Below are positions 10,450 through 19,640 of a DNA stretch of 64,000 bases, piece after piece (within the stretch, counting starts at the first letter, position 1; each line of letters starts with the position of its first letter). The translations under genes and the position numbers were made by a program. Source of the stretch: Sediminibacterium sp. Gen4 (GTDB lineage Bacteria; Bacteroidota; Bacteroidia; Chitinophagales; Chitinophagaceae); the NCBI RefSeq assembly GCF_013391385.1, contig NZ_JACBFI010000001.1, forward strand, positions 159,961-223,960. The letters run 5' to 3'. The notes under the pieces are model-generated. The model ran no database searches, was not told the DNA's origin, and saw only the letters and a program-made list of their open reading frames with translations.

Positions 10450-11103
10450 ATGATTGCCCCATTTTTAAAAGGAATATTGCTGGGTCTTATCCTTAGTATC
10501 TCTGTAGGACCTGTGATCTTTGCCATCATCAAGCAAAGCATTAATAATGGCCATAAAGCAGGTTACTTATTTGTTGCAGGGGTTTCGGCGAGTGATATAT
10601 CACTGGTGTTGATCTGTAATTTTTTTACTTCCTTGTTCAATACTGCCATATCCCATAAAACATCTATTGCGATTGCGGGCAGTATTTTCTTAATCGCCGT
10701 TGGTATCTATACTTTGTTCTTTAAAAAAGTACATACCGATGAAGAAAATAATATTGCCGATAAAAAATTCAGGAAAAGAGATTATGCTGCTATTTTTTTA
10801 TCCGGTTATTTCATGAATACACTGAATCCGGGTGTTTTTCTTTTTTGGTTTGCCTGGACTGCTGCGATACTGGCTGATTCACAAACTGCTGAGCACCCGA
10901 ATGAATACCGGCTGATTGTTTTTGGTACCTGTTTGGTCTTTGTTTTGGTTTCTGATATCCTGAAAGTAGTATTGGCCGGTAAACTACGTTCCCGATTAAC
11001 CGCTAAGAATCTACATTACATCAATAAATTATCAGGATTGATACTCATTGGTTTTGGTATCGCCTTGTGTTGGGGTGCTATTTCTTTATTGAAACAGGTT
11101 TAA
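10450..11103 (+). CDS. LysE-family translocator
   Basis: GLILSISVGP N-terminus, NTLNPG motif and a multi-TM pattern. Confidence 0.85.
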   Translation: MIAPFLKGILLGLILSISVGPVIFAIIKQSINNGHKAGYLFVAGVSASDISLVLICNFFTSLFNTAISHKTSIAIAGSIFLIAVGIYTLFFKKVHTDEENNIADKKFRKRDYAAIFLSGYFMNTLNPGVFLFWFAWTAAILADSQTAEHPNEYRLIVFGTCLVFVLVSDILKVVLAGKLRSRLTAKNLHYINKLSGLILIGFGIALCWGAISLLKQV

Positions 11104-11150
11104 CAATTCTGCAATTTGGGGAACTTGTTTTCTGATTATCTTTCCTGAAC

Positions 11151-11708
11151 ATGAAACTGCTTTGTGCCTTCCTTTTACTGCTATGCATGGAGAAAACAAA
11201 CGCTCAATCCAACATTCTTGTTTTTAAAGAAAAGAACAGAAATGTAAAAAGTTGGGTGAAAGACGACTTCATTCATTTTCAATACGTAACTACACAATGG
11301 ATGGATGGTAAGATCAAAAAAATTACGTCCGACTCAATCTATATCAATTCTTATGTATTGAGGCAAATTCCCAATCAGTTTGGATTTCCAACTATTGACA
11401 CTTCCTGGTTTGGTTTAATGGGTATTCATCTATCTGAAATCATTGGTATGCCCGGCAATCAATATAGGAGTGGCATTATTGGTAACGGCACATTGTTTCA
11501 GATTGGGGGGTCGAGTTATATTTTACTCAATGTACTGAACAGTATCATTAAAAGTGACAACGTATTTCGTAGTGCCAATATTACCAGCATCGGTATTGCA
11601 GCAGGTATTGTTCTCATTGGTAAGTTGCAATCTCTTAAATACCGACCTTATATCCGCATTCGAAAAAAATATTCCATGCAGATCATTTCTACGCAAACGG
11701 TTAAATAG
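11151..11708 (+). CDS. Hypothetical exported or membrane protein
   Basis: 185-aa ORF with a signal peptide and two hydrophobic segments, co-oriented with mtgA. Confidence 0.7.
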   Translation: MKLLCAFLLLLCMEKTNAQSNILVFKEKNRNVKSWVKDDFIHFQYVTTQWMDGKIKKITSDSIYINSYVLRQIPNQFGFPTIDTSWFGLMGIHLSEIIGMPGNQYRSGIIGNGTLFQIGGSSYILLNVLNSIIKSDNVFRSANITSIGIAAGIVLIGKLQSLKYRPYIRIRKKYSMQIISTQTVK

Positions 11709-11717
11709 TATCTTGTA

Positions 11718-12446
11718 TTGATGGTCGAAAAAAAATCATTTTGGAAAAAATGTCGCCGTATCATTTGGCGAACAACTGTATTTCTATTTTTAAGTTCATT
11801 GGCATATATCATCATCTGCAGATGGGTGATGCCCCCTATTACCATTACGCAGATTGCCAATAGCTTTTCATACGGACTCAAACGTGATTATATCTCTTGG
11901 GATCAGTTACCCTATAATATCAAACTTGCTGCTATAGCCAGTGAAGACCAAACTTTTCCGGATCATAGCGGATTCGATTGGGATGCAATTGAAAGAAGTA
12001 TGAAGCCCAAGAAAAAAGGGAAGAAAACAAAAATTCCACTAGGCGGTGGCGCCAGTACCATTACACAACAAACGGCTAAGAACGTTTTTTTATGGCAGGC
12101 AGGAGGTGTTGGACGATATATCAGAAAAATCCCTGAACTCTATTTTACAAAAATGATTGAATGGATCTGGGGCAAGCAGAGAATTTTGGAAGTATACCTC
12201 AATGTTATTGAAACAGGACCTGGTATTTTTGGCGTAGAAGCTGCTTCGCAAAAGTATTTTGGTAAACCCGCTTCAAAACTATCGAGAGCAGAAGCAGCCA
12301 TGATCATAGCCAGTTTACCCAATCCCAAAAAATTCACACCCAAACCCATGAGCAGAAGGGTGAGTTGGCGTTACCCACAAATATTGAAACAGATGCAGAA
12401 TATTGAAGATGATGCTGATTTACAACAATTGCTCAAAGGAAAATAA
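11718..12446 (+). CDS. mtgA: Monofunctional biosynthetic peptidoglycan transglycosylase
   Basis: ASEDQTF, GASTITQQTAKNVFLW, K.RILEVYLN and GVEAAS GT51 motifs. Confidence 0.93.
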   Translation: MMVEKKSFWKKCRRIIWRTTVFLFLSSLAYIIICRWVMPPITITQIANSFSYGLKRDYISWDQLPYNIKLAAIASEDQTFPDHSGFDWDAIERSMKPKKKGKKTKIPLGGGASTITQQTAKNVFLWQAGGVGRYIRKIPELYFTKMIEWIWGKQRILEVYLNVIETGPGIFGVEAASQKYFGKPASKLSRAEAAMIIASLPNPKKFTPKPMSRRVSWRYPQILKQMQNIEDDADLQQLLKGK

Positions 12447-12448
12447 AC

Positions 12449-13036
12449 CTACTTACGTATAGCATCTACAGCAGCAATCGCCTGTCGTAGGCGCTGATCA
12501 TAATCGCCACTGATCTCTACCCAGGGAGTTTGTTGATTCATCATGATATCTCTGTAAATATGATAGAGCTCTTGTCTGGGTTTTTCATCCGGATATTCGC
12601 GTAATTCATCTTGTACCCAAGGAAGATCCGGTTTGCATAAAAGATATAGATCGTATTGTCGATTCACAATTTGATCTAAAATATACTGATGACATTTCTG
12701 AAACACGTACTCGCACCACACTTTCATCACATACATATCTGTATCAATAAAAAGAAGAGGACGCCGTTCAGATGTTTGCATTGTTCTTGAATTCACCCAA
12801 ATACTATTGACCATGGACCATGGACCATGGACCATAGAAATAAACTCATCTTCCAAAGCCAGTTGACCCTTCGCAATGGTGAGTAGATCTTCAAATTTAT
12901 AAGCGGTTCCATTCGTCAACAGATATTCCCGCGCAAATTCAGGGCACCAGGCTGTTGCATAGTGCTGCGCCAGCAACTCACACAATGTGCTCTTGCCGGT
13001 AGACTCGGGACCAAGTATGACGATCTTTTGAATCAT
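12449..13036 (-). CDS. NadR-type AAA_28 ATPase/kinase
   Basis: Walker A GPESTGKST, PEFAREYL, LFIDTD, YDLYLL and WVQDELRE motifs. Start MIQKIV at 13036. Carries an in-frame repeat insertion. Confidence 0.88.
   Translation of the reverse strand: MIQKIVILGPESTGKSTLCELLAQHYATAWCPEFAREYLLTNGTAYKFEDLLTIAKGQLALEDEFISMVHGPWSMVNSIWVNSRTMQTSERRPLLFIDTDMYVMKVWCEYVFQKCHQYILDQIVNRQYDLYLLCKPDLPWVQDELREYPDEKPRQELYHIYRDIMMNQQTPWVEISGDYDQRLRQAIAAVDAIRK
12803..12837 (-). repeat. 7-bp array inside a coding sequence
   Basis: Plus strand actattg accatgg accatgg accatgg accatag, encoding SMVHGPWSMVNS. Confidence 0.9.
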
Positions 13037-13053
13037 GAGTACCAATACTCCGA

Positions 13054-13129
13054 GCAACTCTGCGTAAACCTCTGTGACACGCTGTGGTTAATTTACCACA
13101 GGGGTACACGGAGTTTGGCACGGAGTTGC
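13054..13129. repeat. Imperfect palindrome of ~9-bp units (CTCTGTG/CACAGAG family)
   Basis: Left arm gcaactctgcgtaaacctctgtgacacgctgtggt pairs with right arm accacaggggtacacggagtttggcacggagttgc. Confidence 0.75.
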
Positions 13130-13139
13130 ACAGATTTTT

Positions 13140-13760
13140 TTACCGCGCTCTTTTTTTCCATTCTATTAATCCTGCAATGGCAAGAATCAACAAAATCAGA
13201 AACTGCACACTAGTAAATACATAACCTTTCACAAAATACAACGGAATAGAAGCAATATTTGTTGCGATCCACCAGATCCAGCTTTCTGTTTTTTTTCTGG
13301 CCATTAACCACATCCCTGTATATGCCGAAGCACTGGCAAAAGCATCAGCCCAGGGAATAGCTTCTGGTGCAAAACCAGACTGTAACCAGCTTAAGAGTGT
13401 AAACAATAACAAATAGAAAAAAGCAAAAAACAAAAGTTGTTGTATCCACTCTTTACGATTGCTATTCGTAATGTGTAAAACGAATTCGTTTTTTACAGCA
13501 TCTTTTCTGGTCCAAAGAAACCAACCATAAATACTCATGACAGAATAATAAACATTGACACTAGCTTCTCCGAATAGTTGTCCTTTAATGCTCAGATAGA
13601 TATAAATCAATGTATTGATCAATCCAATCGGATATACCAGTATGTGTTCTTTTCTGCTAAACCATACACTAGCGATACCCGCCAATACAGCTACAAACTC
13701 AAGAAGCGATGTTTGTCTAATACCTTGAATAAACTGATCAATGAATACTTGGATGCTCAT
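13140..13760 (-). CDS. pnuC: Nicotinamide riboside/vitamin transporter PnuC
   Basis: Multi-TM protein with YSVMSIYGWFLW, DAFASA and WLMARKK.ESW.WWIA.N motifs. Adjacent to the NadR-like gene. Confidence 0.88.
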   Translation of the reverse strand: MSIQVFIDQFIQGIRQTSLLEFVAVLAGIASVWFSRKEHILVYPIGLINTLIYIYLSIKGQLFGEASVNVYYSVMSIYGWFLWTRKDAVKNEFVLHITNSNRKEWIQQLLFFAFFYLLLFTLLSWLQSGFAPEAIPWADAFASASAYTGMWLMARKKTESWIWWIATNIASIPLYFVKGYVFTSVQFLILLILAIAGLIEWKKRAR

Positions 13761-13804
13761 AAAGAAGAGCAAAATACAGATTCAGACTTGAATACCATCA
13801 ATTC

Positions 13805-14476
13805 TCAATTCTCCGGAACGATGAATTGCAATAAAAGTTCCTGATCGCGGAATAATTGAAGATTGTTGCCTGATAATTGGTATCGATTTACTGCAGTGAG
13901 ATGTTTCAGGTACAGCGACTCTATTTCCATATCCGTACAAGCCATCTGTGTAGAGCCTACTCCGGAAATAAAAATGCGCTGTTGATCAAAACTTACTTTA
14001 CCGAAATAACGGTTACATCCTGCTTTACCGGAGATCCTTCCATTTCTTTTATCAAAAGAAATACTAGGAACAACGTTGTTGTCTACGATTTCCATTTTCC
14101 CACTTTTACTGATACGCACCAATGAAAGTGGGCGCTGATCAGGAATCGGCGTATTTTTTAATGTATAATTTTTTGATCGTTCTTTACTGATAATATTTAT
14201 CAGGTAATAATTATAAACACCTCCATCTGCCGGTGGACGTTCTTTTTTAACACGCATCACTTCCAGCTTGTAATGATAGCCTTCTTCGTAAGAAAATCCT
14301 TCTATACCGGAATAAAACAATGCATAGGGTTCATCCGGTTTTTCTTTTATCTGTAAGCATAATCCCTTTCCTACTCCATAACAATCGCCCTTTGTATCAG
14401 CCACATAGAAAATCATTCGCTGGCTAAAAGCAAAAGACGAGAATAGAAATAATAATAAGGTGAACCTGATTTTCAT
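13805..14476 (-). CDS. DUF4377 + META (HslJ-like) domain exported protein
   Basis: VAD...DC.GVG...CLQ.KE and IEGF.YEEGY.Y.L (DUF4377); G..GCNRYFG and ST.MAC (META). Confidence 0.82.
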   Translation of the reverse strand: MKIRFTLLLFLFSSFAFSQRMIFYVADTKGDCYGVGKGLCLQIKEKPDEPYALFYSGIEGFSYEEGYHYKLEVMRVKKERPPADGGVYNYYLINIISKERSKNYTLKNTPIPDQRPLSLVRISKSGKMEIVDNNVVPSISFDKRNGRISGKAGCNRYFGKVSFDQQRIFISGVGSTQMACTDMEIESLYLKHLTAVNRYQLSGNNLQLFRDQELLLQFIVPEN

Positions 14477-14548
14477 AATAGTATAACAGTAGCAAAGGTC
14501 ATACCATAACAAATATTATTCGCATCTTTTAACAGATGGCTGTTCTTT

Positions 14549-15082
14549 TTAATTCAATGAAACCAGTCCGTGCTCTATACTTTTCCCGTGATGAGAAGCA
14601 TGATACGCTGTAAAATACAGCATTTCACGAAGTGTTAATTTTCCCAGTAGTGGATGAGGTAATATATATCTGTCTAACGACAATTCACTTTGTCTCAATG
14701 TTTTTCGCACGAGTTTTTGTACCAGCCACTGAAGCTTTTTTAGTAAGACTTCTTTATCTGCCAGACTTATCTGCAAAGGGGGTACAAATGCCCCGGAAGC
14801 TCTACCACCGGCTTGCAGTTTAATGTGATACCGATCTACCAGTGCATCATAGCTACGGGAAGGTCTGTTTGCAATTCCAAATCTCCAGCTGAGCACAAAT
14901 TTAGGTAACCCCATGGCCATGTTAACCGGTGCTACACTTTTGATCAGATGATCTAACTGTTGTAGTGCATTCCACTTGTCCTTGGGAGCGTATAACAATT
15001 CACGATCACTCAGATTGCGTATTTGGTCGATAACGTGCAGATAATTTTGTTGCAGCAACTGTGCAAGCGCTTCTTTTTCCAT
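14549..15082 (-). CDS. DinB-family protein
   Basis: KWNALQQLDHL and PHPLLGKLTLREMLYFTAYHASHH motifs. Start placed at MEKEA. Confidence 0.85.
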   Translation of the reverse strand: MEKEALAQLLQQNYLHVIDQIRNLSDRELLYAPKDKWNALQQLDHLIKSVAPVNMAMGLPKFVLSWRFGIANRPSRSYDALVDRYHIKLQAGGRASGAFVPPLQISLADKEVLLKKLQWLVQKLVRKTLRQSELSLDRYILPHPLLGKLTLREMLYFTAYHASHHGKSIEHGLVSLN

Positions 15083-15172
15083 GTTAGTTGATTGCAGGGT
15101 TGTACCTGAGAACAAATATAGTTTCCATCTACTATATCACAATGATAACGGCTAAGTCGGGCAATTACCCGC

Positions 15173-15207
15173 AAAAAAAAGCGTTGTACCCATCCAGATA
15201 CAACGCT
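15173..15207 (-). terminator. Intrinsic terminator after the NifU-family gene
   Basis: agcgttgta/tacaacgct stem with an 8-A run that reads as U8 on the minus strand. Confidence 0.7.
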
Positions 15208-15228
15208 CCAAAAAACCCAACACTTCAT

Positions 15229-15828
15229 TTATTCGGCCTCGGCCACTACTTCTTTAACTTCTGGGATCATTCGCTTCATCATTCCTTCAATACCAGCTTT
15301 CAGCGTAATCATCGATGAAGGACATCCACTACAACTTCCCTGTAACATCAGGTTCACAACACCATCATTATAACTCTTGAACTGAATAGCACCGCCATCC
15401 ATTTCAACAGCAGGCTTCACATAATTCTCTAATAATTCTTTTACGCGCTTTACAATATCATCATCGTCTGCACTCACCGTATTACTGGCTTCCTGCTTCA
15501 CTTTGGCTACTTCTTCTTCATTTACTACAACGCCACCATTCTCCAGATACTCTTTTAAGAATTCTTTGATGGTAGGAATTACATCCTGCCAATCTTCTGT
15601 ATCAGAGGTCTTAGTAAGAGTCACAAAATTGCTGGCAATAAATACGCTTTTGATAAATGGAAAGCTGAACAATTCTTTTGCCAATGGTGATGGACCCGCC
15701 AAAGCTTCTTCAGCGAAATCGATACTCTTACCGGGATATAACAGCTTATTTGCCACAAACTTCATGGTTTCCGGATTGGGGGTCATCTCTGTATAAATGC
15801 TGATAACGGGATTGCCTGTTTTAATCAT
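15229..15828 (-). CDS. NifU/Nfu-type Fe-S cluster carrier (Nfu_N + NifU C-terminal domain)
   Basis: TPNPETMKF, SPLAKELF, VKPAVEMDGG and QGSCSGCPSS (CxxC) motifs. Confidence 0.92.
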   Translation of the reverse strand: MIKTGNPVISIYTEMTPNPETMKFVANKLLYPGKSIDFAEEALAGPSPLAKELFSFPFIKSVFIASNFVTLTKTSDTEDWQDVIPTIKEFLKEYLENGGVVVNEEEVAKVKQEASNTVSADDDDIVKRVKELLENYVKPAVEMDGGAIQFKSYNDGVVNLMLQGSCSGCPSSMITLKAGIEGMMKRMIPEVKEVVAEAE

Positions 15829-15845
15829 ACCTGTTCATTTAAGCA

Positions 15846-15877
15846 GTGATAAATTATTTATCACCCCACAAAAATAA
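15846..15877 (-). promoter_or_regulatory. -7 box TATTTTTG (15870-15877) followed by the palindrome GTGATAAA-N4-TTTATCAC
   Basis: Consensus promoter box with a perfect 8-bp inverted repeat directly downstream, upstream of the nfu ATG. Confidence 0.55.
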
Positions 15878-15907
15878 TCAAAATACGAGGGCAATCAGGT
15901 GCTTGTA

Positions 15908-15935
15908 GCGGGTTTTTCGGATATCGAAAACCCGC
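15908..15935. terminator. Hairpin, probable terminator
   Basis: gcgggtttttcg...cgaaaacccgc. Confidence 0.55.
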
Positions 15936-15941
15936 AAACCC

Positions 15942-16172
15942 TTACCAAAGCTCAAAACGAGCTGAACCTTCCAGAATCGATACCGTTGTCGGCTTGGTAT
16001 CTTTCTGTTGTGTGAAATAAGGACGTTCTTTTACACAAGACGGTCTGGAAAAAAGCTTTGCTCCGTCATTTTTAATGGGGTGTGAAAGAAGTGTTGAATG
16101 GGTGGGGGCAGCCAATACAACACTTGCTGTACAGAGCAAGTAGAGTACTAAATTTTGTAATGCTGCTTTCAT
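15942..16172 (-). CDS. Small hypothetical protein with a possible signal peptide
   Basis: 76-aa ORF with an N-terminal hydrophobic stretch ending in VLA. Co-oriented with its neighbours and not overlapping any other gene. Confidence 0.4.
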   Translation of the reverse strand: MKAALQNLVLYLLCTASVVLAAPTHSTLLSHPIKNDGAKLFSRPSCVKERPYFTQQKDTKPTTVSILEGSARFELW

Positions 16173-16355
16173 GTTTTATGAATTACCCGACAAAAGTATT
16201 CCCGTTTCTGCCGCTTTGCAACCACACAAATATGTGAAATGCATGAATTTGCAGGTTTTTATGTCGGATTTTTATCACATAAAAAAGCCCCGATCTATTG
16301 ACCGAGGCTGGGTTCACACAGGGTTATTCTCTATAACTAACTGATTTTCAAATAA

Positions 16356-17180
16356 TTAATATTGAAATGTGGTGGTGGTTACTTCATCTGCCATACCTGT
16401 TTCCTTGGTCACCGTTTTACGGGTCAATGGGTTTCCCTGGTCATCATAGGTATAAGTATGGGTTAAAGTAGCATACTGGTGACCTGCTTTATCATAATGC
16501 TTTTCGGTCAATGGATTATTCGGTACCATCAACAGCAAAGGGATATATGGGTTATTCTCAAACAGTAAGCTGGTATTATGCTTAGTATCATAGGTTTCGA
16601 TCTCGTATACATATGATTTCTCTAATACCCCACTGGTATAATCCTGATACCAGGTAGTCATAGATTTGATATTCCCATTGGCATAATATGCCAGATCAAA
16701 ACGCATATTGGGCGTATTACTGATGGTTCCCATCATGCTTCCATATGCATCTGTTCGTACCAAACGTCCATCCTGATAAGTATATGCATAATAGGCAATG
16801 ACTACATTATTCGGTGATACAATCTCCACTTTTGTAACATTTGCACCTGTATACGTGTACTTATATTTAGTTCCATCTGTTACTTTCATTTCAACCAACT
16901 TATCACCATTGTAGGTTAGTGTATAAATATTGGTATTATCGCCCCCGCTATTCTTCTGAAGGTCTGTAATCTTTATCGGCTTGCCTTCGGCATTGTATTG
17001 AATAGACATATAACTACCATCATCATAACTGATCTTACTCAGTTTTTTGGTATTCCCGGGTGTAGCTGGATTGTTATCCGGAAGATCCGCTTCAAATTCT
17101 TTTGTACATCCTGCTATCAATACAATCGTTGTGATCAATGCCAATAAACGGCCCATCCATTTGTGCATACCCTTTTTCAT
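16356..17180 (-). CDS. Lipoprotein with a beta-rich repeated Y.Y...G domain (DUF4595-like)
   Basis: Lipobox IAGC and repeated YTY.G.L..... strands. Confidence 0.75.
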   Translation of the reverse strand: MKKGMHKWMGRLLALITTIVLIAGCTKEFEADLPDNNPATPGNTKKLSKISYDDGSYMSIQYNAEGKPIKITDLQKNSGGDNTNIYTLTYNGDKLVEMKVTDGTKYKYTYTGANVTKVEIVSPNNVVIAYYAYTYQDGRLVRTDAYGSMMGTISNTPNMRFDLAYYANGNIKSMTTWYQDYTSGVLEKSYVYEIETYDTKHNTSLLFENNPYIPLLLMVPNNPLTEKHYDKAGHQYATLTHTYTYDDQGNPLTRKTVTKETGMADEVTTTTFQY

Positions 17181-17188
17181 CTATTTAG

Positions 17189-17824
17189 TTATTGTTTAGT
17201 AATCTTGATTTCATTCGGTGGAATAGGAGCAGGAACACGGTTATTAATAGCTGGTAATGACATCAGATAAGTATAAACCGAGCTGAGGTCTTCATCAGTC
17301 ATTTTAGAAACCATTTCCCACGGCATCGGCGGCATTACCGGTCTGCCACCTTCTTGTCCGAGGTGCTTTCCTGTTCTGAGTGTTTTTATAAATACCTGTT
17401 CTGTCCAGTTGCCGATACCTGTTGCTTCATCAGGTGTGAGGTTGGCTGCAAAACTCATCCCCCATGGACCGGCGAAAGCTGTAACATCTTGCGACATTTT
17501 CACCCAATTTTGATCTTTTGCCAATGCACTACTCAAAGTAGGAATTCCATTCTCTACCGGGAAACCAGATAAGAGTCTACTAGAATCCAATATCGGTCCC
17601 TGAGCTGTCATAATTTTTGGAGAATGACAATCATGACAAAGTGCTATCGTAACTAAATACTTACCACGAGCAATCAATTCATCTTTCTCTTTTTTGCGAA
17701 TAGTAGAGATATCGTCTTTTTTGGTCTCTTTATCATTGCTACTTGCTTCGCTACAAGCGGCAATGACTGCGATTACCGATAATACTACCACGGTAATCTG
17801 CAAGGTTTTGCTTTTCATGTTCAT
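17189..17824 (-). CDS. c-type cytochrome lipoprotein
   Basis: Lipobox IAAC, heme motif CHDCH, and NLTPD..TGIG.W and PPMPW motifs. Start placed at MNMKSK. Confidence 0.85.
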   Translation of the reverse strand: MNMKSKTLQITVVVLSVIAVIAACSEASSNDKETKKDDISTIRKKEKDELIARGKYLVTIALCHDCHSPKIMTAQGPILDSSRLLSGFPVENGIPTLSSALAKDQNWVKMSQDVTAFAGPWGMSFAANLTPDEATGIGNWTEQVFIKTLRTGKHLGQEGGRPVMPPMPWEMVSKMTDEDLSSVYTYLMSLPAINNRVPAPIPPNEIKITKQ

Positions 17825-17960
17825 GTTTGTTGGTATTAAGTGTTTCGTTGGTGATCTACAGAAAACAACCTGCTTTATTGCGATCACGGGGCAAACATAA
17901 AACGGCAAAATCCTGCAGCCAATCACACAAAAATGTGGTTGGGATGGAAGGAAGGAGAGG

Positions 17961-18199
17961 GCTGCAAGCGGTAAGCAGCAAGCTACAAGTGGGTTGTAGG
18001 ATCATTAACCTACTTATAAAAACAAAAATACCCGGCAACTACAGCCGGGTATTTATAATGATGTTCTTCTTTTTTGGAATTGGCCTTACTATAGCAAAGT
18101 CGACTTCTCCTGAATTTTCTCGCCGGACTTTAGTCCGGCGCTATTTAAAATTGAAGCTTGTTGCTTGTCACTTTCTCGTGTCTTGTTACTTTGTTCTTG
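17961..18199. repeat. Inverted 7-bp arrays (17961-17988 and 18151-18199) enclosing two hairpins
   Basis: gctgcaa gcggtaa gcagcaa gctacaa ... ttgaagc ttgttgc ttgtcac tttctcg tgtcttg. Inner hairpins at 18026-18054 and 18121-18140. Confidence 0.8.
18026..18054. terminator. Hairpin terminator
   Basis: aaatacccggc...gccgggtattt. Confidence 0.65.
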
Positions 18200-18206
18200 C
18201 ACCTTC

Positions 18207-18839
18207 CTACACAATCTTATTTCTAAACGCTTTTGCAACAGCCTCACTCTTACTATTTACATGCAGCTTCTCATAGATTTTCTTAATGTGTGAACGAACC
18301 GTATCGATGGCGATAAACATTTCAGAAGCAATCATCTTATAACTATAGCCATTCACCAATAATTGCAATACTTGTTTCTCTCTTTCAGATAAATCATAGT
18401 CTTCCCCTTTTTCATTATTGAGGGAAGAAAACATTCTCAATACTTGTGTAGCAATTGAAGATGTCATGGGTGCCCCACCGGTTTGTGCTTCTTGAATGTA
18501 TTCCAATAAACGGGCAGGTGGTGTTTTCTTGAGTACATATCCATTTGCACCATTGCTGATGGCATCAAAAACATTTTTGTTATCATCGAAAACCGTCAAC
18601 ATCAGGATTTTTACATCGGTATCAATTTCACGGATTCTTTTCAATCCTTCAATACCATTGGTTCCCGGCATATCAATATCCATCAATATTACATCGGGTT
18701 TGAATGCACGTACTTCGTCTTCTACATTGTTGCAATTCTTAAAGGCAGACAATACTTCAAATCCATCTGATCCGTTGATCAACATGGTTAGACCTTCACG
18801 TAGCTGGGGGTTATCTTCGTAAATCAATAATTTGGTCAT
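18207..18839 (-). CDS. NarL/LuxR-family response regulator
   Basis: Receiver motifs DVILMDIDMP, MLT and GYVLK; HTH motifs LSEREKQVL and IYEKLHV. Confidence 0.93.
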   Translation of the reverse strand: MTKLLIYEDNPQLREGLTMLINGSDGFEVLSAFKNCNNVEDEVRAFKPDVILMDIDMPGTNGIEGLKRIREIDTDVKILMLTVFDDNKNVFDAISNGANGYVLKKTPPARLLEYIQEAQTGGAPMTSSIATQVLRMFSSLNNEKGEDYDLSEREKQVLQLLVNGYSYKMIASEMFIAIDTVRSHIKKIYEKLHVNSKSEAVAKAFRNKIV

Positions 18840-18911
18840 AACGTTCTTTTACTGCATCAAAACTACCGGCTATTACTTTGTTAGCCAACCGCATAATAAT
18901 GTTAGGGTAGT

Positions 18912-19027
18912 CTATAGCTTATGGCGAATGGTTCATGGCGAGTAGTAGAAAAGACGTTTAGGGAAGAGTAATTATCTGTTTCCCATAAACGGGCTATTCG
19001 CCATGAACCATTCGCTATGAACCATGG
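18912..19027. repeat. Inverted 7-bp arrays (CCATGGT family) around an inner hairpin
   Basis: ctatagc ttatggc gaatggt tcatggc ... cgtttagggaa..ttcccataaacg ... gctattc gccatga accattc gctatga accatgg. Confidence 0.85.
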
Positions 19028-19280
19028 TCTATTAAAGTTACTACTCTAAGCCCCTGATTCAAAATATTTACACCGAAAACCACATACTTATGTGATGTGA
19101 TTTTTAACAGCAAAATCAGGCATTTCACTGACAGACGGTGATTAATGCGGATAGAAAGTGGTGAATGTTAAAACTAGCAGACTGCTCCACAACTTAGTTG
19201 CTGTTTTTCACATGGAAATGCGGTTGAATAAGGGTTTTTATCGATGCATTTTTGCAGCATCAAATTAAAACAATCAGCAC

Positions 19281-19358
19281 ATGAAAGGAAAATTCATCAC
19301 TACCGCATTGATCATAGCAGTGATCGCCGGTGGTAAGAAATCAACTTCACTCGCATAA
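19281..19358 (+). CDS. Putative small hydrophobic peptide, 25 aa, below the ORF-track cutoff
   Basis: MKGKFITTALIIAVIAGGKKSTSLA*. Preceded by catttttg and an A-rich leader, followed by a strong hairpin at 19437-19467. Confidence 0.45.
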   Translation: MKGKFITTALIIAVIAGGKKSTSLA

Positions 19359-19436
19359 GGCGAGAACAACCCTGGTAAGGGTTTTTAAATAAGGCAAGTT
19401 TGGGTTTTTTATAAGCAGTATGTTAGAAGCAGAGCA

Positions 19437-19467
19437 AACAGGTTACACAACAAGTGTGTAACCTGTT
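19437..19467 (+). terminator. Hairpin closing the small-ORF unit
   Basis: Perfect 12-bp stem aacaggttacac/gtgtaacctgtt. Confidence 0.6.
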
Positions 19468-19524
19468 CTCATTTTAGCTCCTGCTAAATACATCAAATAA
19501 AACTTCTTACATACTATTTTGAGT

Positions 19525-19558
19525 AAAAAAATAGAGCCCGATAAGACTACCGGGCTCT
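19525..19558 (-). terminator. Intrinsic terminator after the 19641 gene
   Basis: agagcccg/cgggctct stem with an A run. Confidence 0.6.
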
Positions 19559-19640
19559 TCCCTTGGCAGGGAACCTATAGAAAACAAGAATAAAAAAATC
19601 ACTTCATCATTCAATATTCTTTATTCGACGTTCATCATTC

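Noticed and set aside
13761-13804. Riboswitch upstream of pnuC
   Set aside because: The gap to the upstream gene is only ~45 nt, and no TPP, FMN or cobalamin consensus was seen.
17827-18276. 149-aa plus-strand ORF
   Set aside because: It runs through two heptamer arrays and two hairpins and overlaps real minus-strand genes at both ends.
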